A stretch of 64,000 nucleotides of DNA from Promethearchaeota archaeon (GTDB taxonomy: Archaea > Asgardarchaeota > Thorarchaeia > Thorarchaeales > Thorarchaeaceae), in the NCBI GenBank assembly GCA_014728035.1, contig WJMJ01000018.1, forward strand, positions 1 to 64,000, in the 5' to 3' direction. Below, piece after piece: positions 52,110 to 59,896 of this stretch. The notes under the pieces are model-generated. The model saw only the letters and a list, made by a program, of their open reading frames with translations, searched no databases and was not told the DNA's origin. How positions within the stretch are numbered: position 1 is the stretch's first letter; every line of letters starts with the position of its first letter. Both the position numbers and the translations under genes were made by a program.

Positions 52110-52565
52110 CTAGTTTTCTGGAGGATATCTAGATGCATCTTCTTGCAACATACCTGAGGTTGTAGATTCTTCAAGAGTAGGCATGATAGAAAATCCAGCT
52201 GCTATGAAAAGAGCACCACCAACCCCCCAGGAAACCAAGAATAGGGCATCAGAGAATGTTACTGTACCATCGAGAGGGGGCATAAGCAATACGACAATAA
52301 ACATCATTGTAGCTATGACACCGGAGATTGCTAACATTGTTGGTTTTATTTTGCTCCTTTCTGGTTTGAGATACCCACCCAGACTAAAAATGAGAATTAA
52401 TGGTGCAGAGAGCAACCATGCTAGAAATGGAAATCTTTCCAGAATGTAACCAGGATTTGTGACCTCCAGATAGAGAAAATTGAAAAAATACGTGCTGAGG
52501 AGTAGTACACCTAACCAAAGAATGCAATATGATTCGCTGTCTTCTCTTAGTTTCATGATACACAC
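52110..52565 (-). CDS. 4-TM membrane protein directly downstream of the FAD-oxidoreductase-NuoB gene
   Basis: Abuts the upstream stop codon; four hydrophobic segments. Confidence 0.65.
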   Translation of the reverse strand: MCIMKLREDSESYCILWLGVLLLSTYFFNFLYLEVTNPGYILERFPFLAWLLSAPLILIFSLGGYLKPERSKIKPTMLAISGVIATMMFIVVLLMPPLDGTVTFSDALFLVSWGVGGALFIAAGFSIMPTLEESTTSGMLQEDASRYPPEN

Positions 52566-54512
52566 CTATGACAAGATACCTAACGCATCCTGATTTTCAT
52601 TCTTCATTTGCCAGTGAGTTGTTCCTGCTCTGATCTTATTCTGAAGAATCAGATGTGCTCGTATGAAATCTGAAGGCTTTGGCGGACAACCAGGTAGGTA
52701 AACATCAACTGGCACTACTTTATCTGGGGGAGTCATAAGTGAATATCCATCCCAAAATAGACCACCACTTGCAGCACATTGTCCAAAAGATATGACGAAT
52801 TTAGGCTCGGGCATTTGTTCGTAAATTCTTCTTAGACGGGGTGCCATCTTCTTCGTTAAACTACCCGATATCCACAGTACATCAGTCTGGCGAGGTCCAA
52901 ACAATGGAAGCATACCAAATCGTTCTACATCCCATCTGGATGCAACTCCAGCAGCACCATCAACCATACAACATCCAAGACCATATTGCACAGGCCATGG
53001 ACTATGAGCTCTCCCCCAGCGAAGAAGCCACTTTATTGGAGGTACGTTCTGAAACCACTTTAACAGAATCGGTGCAATCCTTCCAAATCCATTTCTAAGA
53101 AAATCAAAAGCAATCCACATGAAGTACTTTCCAATTCGAAGAATGAATGGAAGCCAATAAGCGAATATCTTCCCTGGATTCGATATTTCCTTTGGGTCAA
53201 ATTTCAATTTTGCACTTCGAATTCTGGCTAGTCTTTTCTTACCAAAGTATTCAGGAGCATAATTGGCAAACCATATTCCTGTAGAGTGGGCATGACCACC
53301 ATGCCGCTGTGCAATCTTGAAAATGACAAAACTCTGAGCCCAAGAAAGCATATAGAATCGTCTTCGTTCATCTTCCAAAAAATAACCCATCATCGTGACA
53401 CCTGCTTTAGATGTCACGTAACCATCCACACCAGCTTTAGCAGAGGCTTGTTCAAATTGAAAATCATCCAAGATTGCGTGAAGATTCTCAAGTGGAGCAA
53501 AGGCCTGACCAACAACGAGAGTGGGACCCGCCTTTTTGATCTTCATTGGATAGAAACGATCTTCCCATTCATGCTCCGCAACATGACGATCATAGATAGT
53601 TCCATGATATTCTTCAGTGACCTCACAAACAATTCGTAAACCAGCTTTGCGTTCATCCTCATTTCCATCAAAAGCAAATACAACAACACAGTGATGAACA
53701 GGGTAGGGGAAGGGTTCCTCCTCTTCCCATATCTTCTTCTTGAGATCAACATACTTGCTCTCTTTGAATTTGATTGTGTGAGGAATGGGAGCTTCTTCTA
53801 TTACCTTTTCAATAGCCATATTCATCAAATAATTTTCAGGAAAACTCACTACAATAGGGTCTATTGGAGTTAGAGGTTTACACTTCAGTTTAACCTTGGT
53901 AATTATTCCCAGAATTCCTTCTGTATCGCAAAATAGATCACGTTCTTTTGTCCTAACAATTTTTCCAGTAGGAAGAACAACTTCAAACTCAAGAACGCTG
54001 TCGTTAACAATACCGTATTTTAGTGAGCCAATACCATCTCCACCTTGTGCCACCCAGCCACCAATCGTAGCTGAAAGACCTGATGAGGGGTAGCATCTAA
54101 GATCGAGGTTTTGACGGTTTAGTTCATGTTGTAGATTTGCCCAAGATATACCAGGTTCTGTCCAGACCCATTCTTCTTCTGTATTGATTTCGAGAACGGC
54201 ATCCATCTCACGCATATCTACAATTATTCCCCCTTTCCGGGGAATAGCGCCTCCGTAGCCTGAGGTTCCTGCTCCCCGAGGTACTAATGGAATTTTCTCA
54301 TCATTAGCAAATTTGTAAAGAGCCTGCACCTCTCGAGGAGTTCTAGGACGCACTAACGCATCAGGGGTATTATTCATCAACCAGCCTACTTGTTTCGGAA
54401 GAGATCCGACATCTTGAGAATGGATTATAAGCTCGTGCTTTGCTGTAACTACACGACCTTGGAAAATCTCCAGAAGATTTTCAATCTGTTTATCCTTTAA
54501 TCCCATTAGCAA
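52566..54512 (-). CDS. Fusion of GlcD/D-lactate dehydrogenase-type FAD-linked oxidoreductase (N-term) and NuoB (C-term)
   Basis: FAD domain: PRGAGTSGYGG, PSSGLSATIGGW, TEGILGIITK, FDP...NPGK. NuoB domain: SPWP..YGLGCC, PRQTDVL..SG, YEQMPEPK.VI..GQCAASGG, PVDVYLPGCPPKP. One continuous frame. Confidence 0.9.
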   Translation of the reverse strand: MLMGLKDKQIENLLEIFQGRVVTAKHELIIHSQDVGSLPKQVGWLMNNTPDALVRPRTPREVQALYKFANDEKIPLVPRGAGTSGYGGAIPRKGGIIVDMREMDAVLEINTEEEWVWTEPGISWANLQHELNRQNLDLRCYPSSGLSATIGGWVAQGGDGIGSLKYGIVNDSVLEFEVVLPTGKIVRTKERDLFCDTEGILGIITKVKLKCKPLTPIDPIVVSFPENYLMNMAIEKVIEEAPIPHTIKFKESKYVDLKKKIWEEEEPFPYPVHHCVVVFAFDGNEDERKAGLRIVCEVTEEYHGTIYDRHVAEHEWEDRFYPMKIKKAGPTLVVGQAFAPLENLHAILDDFQFEQASAKAGVDGYVTSKAGVTMMGYFLEDERRRFYMLSWAQSFVIFKIAQRHGGHAHSTGIWFANYAPEYFGKKRLARIRSAKLKFDPKEISNPGKIFAYWLPFILRIGKYFMWIAFDFLRNGFGRIAPILLKWFQNVPPIKWLLRWGRAHSPWPVQYGLGCCMVDGAAGVASRWDVERFGMLPLFGPRQTDVLWISGSLTKKMAPRLRRIYEQMPEPKFVISFGQCAASGGLFWDGYSLMTPPDKVVPVDVYLPGCPPKPSDFIRAHLILQNKIRAGTTHWQMKNENQDALGILS

Positions 54513-54690
54513 ACCTCTGAGGAGACTCTATTGCTTAGGAACAAACAGACCGATTTCATACATAAAAAGATAGCGAGTGATAAAAAAGGAACATGACAGA
54601 TAATTCCTCTTTCGGATACGTTAAAGATATTAGATGTGGTAAAGGAATGAAAAGATGTTCTGCTTTGTGTAAAAAGATGGAGCGATTTGA

Positions 54691-55914
54691 ATGGAATTTC
54701 CTTCACTAAAGAAACATGGATTAGATATCAACGCATTTACCTGTGCACAATGTAGTTTTTGCCAAGTGGGTCACGGAGCTTGTCCTACATACAAGGTAAA
54801 ACGTGTCGATAGCTACTCAGGGAAAGGTAAAATGCTAATCACTCGAGCATTAGCACAAAAGCGAATCAAAGAGAAGGAAGGTCTCCCGGGACTACGAGAT
54901 GCCATATTTGGATGCACCCTTTGCGGAGGATGCGAAGAAATTTGCCAAGTAGATATTCCGTTCGTAAAGATATACCAATTGATGCGGTCAGATTTCAAAG
55001 ATTTAGGAATGTGGCCTGAAGAATTGGAAGATGCTAAAGCAACTCTCACAAAGTCACGAAATATCCAAGGGCAACCACAAATGGACAGAATTGAAGGGTG
55101 GTCTTATTGGCATCCAGATGAAGATTATCTTCTGGATCGAGAAGGTGTGAAAAACAAAACTGCTTTCTTCTTGGGATGCGCTTCTTCATTCAAAGCAGTT
55201 CCAATTCAAGCCTCCATTGCCACAGCTATGATCATGGAGAAAATTGATGAGGAGTTCACCATGTTGGGGGAGGAGGAGTGGTGTTGCGGAGCCCCCCTAA
55301 TCATGACTGGGGATTTTGAAGGAGCAAAAGAATATGCAATGCATAACATCCAAAAATACCAAGAGCTAGGTGTTGAACGCATTTTCACGAATTGTCCGGG
55401 TTGTTACAAGATGTGGGCTCATGAGTACCATGAATTTCTGGGAATTGAGCATGAATTCGAAATAATCTACGGTGCAGACTTTTTCATGCGTTTACTTGAC
55501 TCTGGCAAATTCAATAATATCAGTAGCGATTACGAGGCAACAATTACATTCCACGACGGATGTGACGCGGGTAGAAATGCAGGTTTCTATGAGGAACCTC
55601 GAAAGGTACTGGAAAATTTACCGGGGATTACTTTGGAAGAATTACCTCATAATAAAGAAAATTGTTATTGTTGTGGTTCTGGTGGAGTTTTACGAGCTAT
55701 CGATAATGAATTTGCATTGAGTATAAACCACCTTAAGGTAGAAGATATCGAACAGACGAATACAGAGATAGTTGTATCTGCATGTCCTTCTTGTGTAGAC
55801 TTCATGCACAATCAACTCCCAAGTGCAGGCTCAGAAAAAGCTTCAATGGATCTTGCAGTAATAATAGCAAAATCGTTAGGTCTTGAGTGGGATGGATTAG
55901 ATGAAGTATACTAG
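54691..55914 (+). CDS. GlcF/HdrD-like Fe-S oxidoreductase (2[4Fe-4S] plus two CCG domains)
   Basis: CAQCSFC...CP and CTLCGGCEEIC; FLGC/WCCG/CPGC and HDGC/CCGSGG/CPSC. Confidence 0.88.
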   Translation: MEFPSLKKHGLDINAFTCAQCSFCQVGHGACPTYKVKRVDSYSGKGKMLITRALAQKRIKEKEGLPGLRDAIFGCTLCGGCEEICQVDIPFVKIYQLMRSDFKDLGMWPEELEDAKATLTKSRNIQGQPQMDRIEGWSYWHPDEDYLLDREGVKNKTAFFLGCASSFKAVPIQASIATAMIMEKIDEEFTMLGEEEWCCGAPLIMTGDFEGAKEYAMHNIQKYQELGVERIFTNCPGCYKMWAHEYHEFLGIEHEFEIIYGADFFMRLLDSGKFNNISSDYEATITFHDGCDAGRNAGFYEEPRKVLENLPGITLEELPHNKENCYCCGSGGVLRAIDNEFALSINHLKVEDIEQTNTEIVVSACPSCVDFMHNQLPSAGSEKASMDLAVIIAKSLGLEWDGLDEVY

Positions 55915-55915
55915 T

Positions 55916-57019
55916 CTAATCCATGAATGATCTAATGTTAGATAGAATAGCTAGAAAGAGAGTCACTAGTAGCACAATCTCCCATGGAATCATTAAGCCT
56001 ACCAATAGATAGGATAGACAAAGAAGAATTCCTGTCAGCATATGGTTCTGAATAGTTCCTGCATTTGCAGGTACGAGTTCTGGAATATCATTATGGCTGG
56101 ATAAACATATCATTGATGATTTGACAGCTAAAGGAACGGTTACTAGAATGAGAAGAGTATGAAGTTGGACAAGCCCAAAAATTACTCCAATAATTATTGG
56201 AAGGTACGTTGCCGCCATGATTACAACATATCCTTTCGCAGCTCTTTTTCTTCCTAATCTTACAACCAATGTTTTCTTTTCTGCATCACGGTCTGCATCA
56301 TGGTCAGGAAATTCATTAATATAAAGAACGGCCATAATTAGAAAAGCAACAGGTAATGAAGCAATAATTGGTTCTAGTAATTCATAAACCAGCAGAAGAG
56401 GTATCGACATTATCGGTTCTTGAAGAATATTCTGAATTTGAATAGGATATTGTACATAATAAGACCCAACCACCATCAATGTTCCGAAATTCAATGCGAT
56501 GAAGAATTCTCCAATACCTCTAGTTACCAACCGAAATGGTGGAGCAGTATAAAAGAAACCACTTCCAATACCAACAATACCTAGAATAAGAATGAATACA
56601 CCAAGTTGCAAAAACAGATAGATACCGATACTTGCTCCGATTGCGAAGAAAACTAGTGAGCCGGATAGAACCTCACGAGGAGATAAGAATCCTTTCTGAA
56701 TCATTCTACTACCTCCAGTATAAGGCCGAATGAATTCTTTGTTGATATCATCAGAACCAGTCATATCCGTAGTATGATCAAAATAATCGTTGGATACATT
56801 CGCACCTATATGTAGACAAATTGCAGCAATCAGAGTTAGAAGAAAATAATCAAGCCTGAAAACAGAATGGAGACCCCATGCAATAGCTGCTCCGAGAAAC
56901 ACAGGGATAGTTGAAGCAGTTAGAAATGGTGCTCGAAGTTCGATTAGCCATGCTTTAATCTTTCCAGGATGCACCTCATCTACATCTGGGATATATTCGT
57001 CTTCAGTCACAGGAATCAA
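55916..57019 (-). CDS. menA: 1,4-dihydroxy-2-naphthoate polyprenyltransferase (MenA/UBIAD1, UbiA family)
   Basis: LRAPFL, NDYFD, FYTAPP...GIGE and NEFPD..AD....KKTL.VRLG. Confidence 0.85.
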   Translation of the reverse strand: MIPVTEDEYIPDVDEVHPGKIKAWLIELRAPFLTASTIPVFLGAAIAWGLHSVFRLDYFLLTLIAAICLHIGANVSNDYFDHTTDMTGSDDINKEFIRPYTGGSRMIQKGFLSPREVLSGSLVFFAIGASIGIYLFLQLGVFILILGIVGIGSGFFYTAPPFRLVTRGIGEFFIALNFGTLMVVGSYYVQYPIQIQNILQEPIMSIPLLLVYELLEPIIASLPVAFLIMAVLYINEFPDHDADRDAEKKTLVVRLGRKRAAKGYVVIMAATYLPIIIGVIFGLVQLHTLLILVTVPLAVKSSMICLSSHNDIPELVPANAGTIQNHMLTGILLCLSYLLVGLMIPWEIVLLVTLFLAILSNIRSFMD

Positions 57020-57126
57020 CTATTGGTTTTTGATGCAGAAAGTTCCTTAATGACTGTATTGAAAAGTCCAAAATCACAATTGCTAATAGGATAATTGCGT
57101 AAGGAACGCATACCGGAGGAACTCTC

Positions 57127-58185
57127 TTGGAGGATAAAACTCAGAACCGGCCGCATCATGATGCATCAGATAGTGGTGGTCTGAGTAAGGAAGTACTACA
57201 CCATGATAAGGCGTTTCAAACATTATATAGACATTCTGGCCTTATTGAACGAGCAAGCAAGATTGAAAAGGCAATTCAAGATTTCATTCAAGAAAATATG
57301 GGGCAGCCTGAAATTCTCTATCAAGCAGCAAATCATCTTATTTTAGCAGGAGGAAAACGAACACGTTCACTTCTATCCTTGTTAGCTTGTGAAGCCGTAG
57401 ACGGAGATATTGAGAGAGCCCTTCCACTCACCATTGCAGCCGAGCTTTTACAAACAGCCTCACTGATTCATGATGACATTATTGATGCAGGAACAACTCG
57501 TAGAGGTGTTGAAGCTGTACATGAAAAATACGGAGATCACATCGCAATTCTAGCGGGAGACCTACTGATAGCAAAAGCGATAGAGATGATTGGTGAACAT
57601 GGAACAACTGAACTTCTACGTCATATTGGAAACGGTGGCGTTAGAATGTGTGAAGGAGAAGCCATCGACCTAGCATTAAGCACCGAAAAACCAAATGTGT
57701 ATTCTAAAGACCAATACTTTAAGATGATCGAGCTAAAGACAGTAGCATTTCTTAGCGAGTCAGCAAGATTAGGAGCTATGATGGGAGAAGGAAATGAAAA
57801 GCAAGTTGAAGCACTCTCAGAATTTGGTGAATATCTAGGATATGCATTTCAGATTCAAGATGATGTACTGGACTTGAGAGCTTCAATTGAAGAAATCGGG
57901 AAATCTCCATTTGCAGACCTAAAGACAAGGAGAAGCAATTTTCTTCTGGTTCATTCTCTAGAAACATCTGATAATTCTACAAGAAAATCAATCTGTGATG
58001 CTCTTGATAAAGGTCAATACGAACAGGCAGCGAATCTAGTTTTTGCTACAGGTGCCGAGGAAGAAGCAAAAAAGATTGCTAAAGAATACGTTGAGAAAGC
58101 CAAAAAAGTATTGAAAAAAGAAGAGTTGCAAAAAATCGAGTTACTCTTTGAGTTTGCAGATTCAGTTGTATCGCGTCAAAGATAA
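57127..58185 (+). CDS. trans-Polyprenyl diphosphate synthase, probably medium/long chain
   Basis: GGKR, ASLIHDDIID, RRG, KT and FQIQDDVLD. Confidence 0.9.
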   Translation: MEDKTQNRPHHDASDSGGLSKEVLHHDKAFQTLYRHSGLIERASKIEKAIQDFIQENMGQPEILYQAANHLILAGGKRTRSLLSLLACEAVDGDIERALPLTIAAELLQTASLIHDDIIDAGTTRRGVEAVHEKYGDHIAILAGDLLIAKAIEMIGEHGTTELLRHIGNGGVRMCEGEAIDLALSTEKPNVYSKDQYFKMIELKTVAFLSESARLGAMMGEGNEKQVEALSEFGEYLGYAFQIQDDVLDLRASIEEIGKSPFADLKTRRSNFLLVHSLETSDNSTRKSICDALDKGQYEQAANLVFATGAEEEAKKIAKEYVEKAKKVLKKEELQKIELLFEFADSVVSRQR

Positions 58186-58198
58186 TTGCTTTTCTTTT

Positions 58199-59395
58199 TT
58201 AATCTAGTATCTTCATTAAAGGGACAATAATTTTCGATCCTAGTAAAACTGGAAAAGGTAACCTACATCGGATTAGCGGCTCAAGTAGAAAGGGGCCTGC
58301 TATTCCCATACTCAAATGTGTAATCAAATCGTTCGAGAGTATCTTATCTGCAATCTCACGAACCTTAACCGCATCAAATAATGTCTGCCCCATTTCTCTT
58401 TTCCATCGAATCTCGTAGTTTGATAATGAAGAAGAAGTATCCATCGAATCGATTATTGATTCGGCCGCAATTTCACCTCCAATAATAGCAGTAGGAATAC
58501 CTCCACCATTTGAAGCCATAACATGACCTGCTGCATCACCAACTAAGAGGGTGTTTTTTGTTGCTGTTATAGAAGCTGGGCCACCAATAGGAATGAGAGC
58601 TGATACTGAATGTTTCAAGGATGCATGCCTCATACATGGTTCAATCAATGGATTTCGCTTCATGAGATTCTTTAAGAAAACACGTAGAGGAAGACTCCGT
58701 TCATTGTAGAACTGCCTTAAGCCTAAGCCTAAATTCACTGACCCACCTCCTTTGGGAATAATCCATGCATATCCTCCAGGTGCAACCTGTTGACCGAAGT
58801 ACATCTCAGTTACAGACTGGTCACAAGCTGTGTCATCTAGTACGAATTGAATCGATTGACTAAATTGTGAATTAGAATGGAAATTCCCAATTGATTGGGA
58901 AATGATTGATTTGGGCCCATCAGCACCAACTATATATTTTGCAGCGAGCTCTTTAGTTCCTCGATTAGTCTTTACTAACAACCGATTCGATTCACTCTTT
59001 TCTAACACCCGAAACTGCAAATGTAGCTCAGCTCCTTGTTCAACTGCTCTTTTGACCAAGTGTTTGTCAAATCGAGCCCTATCGATGATATTTGCATTGA
59101 ACCTGAAACGCGTAATATTACCTCGTGGTGAAATCAAATGAGTCCAGTAAGTTCGATTAGTAATCAATTTGTCTGGAATGGTGGCAATTCGCTTCGCTCT
59201 TGGTGAATTAGGGAAGATATCTGAACATTCTCCCGGAGTTGGAAAATATTCTCCGCATTGTATAGGCATCCCAATTTCTTTTCTACGATCTAATAGCCCC
59301 ACTCTAATGTCATTCTCTGAAAGTATTCGAGCAGTAGTACTTCCAGCAGGTCCAGCACCGACGACTATTACGTCGTAGTCAATCTTTGCCATCAA
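58199..59395 (-). CDS. Geranylgeranyl/prenyl reductase family flavoprotein
   Basis: GAGPAGS, CGE, DRARFD, GADG, PGGYAWIIP and VGDAAG...GGGI. Confidence 0.88.
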   Translation of the reverse strand: MMAKIDYDVIVVGAGPAGSTTARILSENDIRVGLLDRRKEIGMPIQCGEYFPTPGECSDIFPNSPRAKRIATIPDKLITNRTYWTHLISPRGNITRFRFNANIIDRARFDKHLVKRAVEQGAELHLQFRVLEKSESNRLLVKTNRGTKELAAKYIVGADGPKSIISQSIGNFHSNSQFSQSIQFVLDDTACDQSVTEMYFGQQVAPGGYAWIIPKGGGSVNLGLGLRQFYNERSLPLRVFLKNLMKRNPLIEPCMRHASLKHSVSALIPIGGPASITATKNTLLVGDAAGHVMASNGGGIPTAIIGGEIAAESIIDSMDTSSSLSNYEIRWKREMGQTLFDAVKVREIADKILSNDLITHLSMGIAGPFLLEPLIRCRLPFPVLLGSKIIVPLMKILD

Positions 59396-59413
59396 AAATC
59401 TCCAACATAGGAC

Positions 59414-59764
59414 TTACCATTGCTCCGAAAAGAATACCATCCAAGCAACGATCGCTTCTAGATTGCTTGAAACTGATTCATCCAATCTGAATAGTGTAGA
59501 ACCACTTGATGTGGCAACATAATCAGACCCAAGACGAAATCTTGTGGATCCTGAAGAACTCATAATAGAAGAACTGTTATATCTGCCAATGGTGCTACCA
59601 GAAAAATTAGTTACATAACCGTCACGCACTCGTCCAATCGTACTTCCAGAACTACTCATAACTGAACCAGATGAAAACCGACCGATTGTGCTTCCTGAAG
59701 AGTTTGTGATATAGTCACCTCGAATATATCCGATAGTCGAACCACTGCTGTTCATAATTCTCAT
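59414..59764 (-). CDS. Small protein of ~15-aa tandem SSGST repeats (beta-flower-like)
   Basis: Six repeats of x-x-[NS]-S-S-G-S-T-I-G-[RY]; start ATG 59764. Confidence 0.7.
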   Translation of the reverse strand: MRIMNSSGSTIGYIRGDYITNSSGSTIGRFSSGSVMSSSGSTIGRVRDGYVTNFSGSTIGRYNSSSIMSSSGSTRFRLGSDYVATSSGSTLFRLDESVSSNLEAIVAWMVFFSEQW

Positions 59765-59896
59765 AATAATCCTGTTCTCTATGGTTTTAACCGATAAATG
59801 TCTAACTATACACAATTTGCACTTGGAAATGTATTTGTAGCAGTTAGCATGAAACCAAAACACTACAAGGATTTGATTTCGTAGTGGAGAGATACT

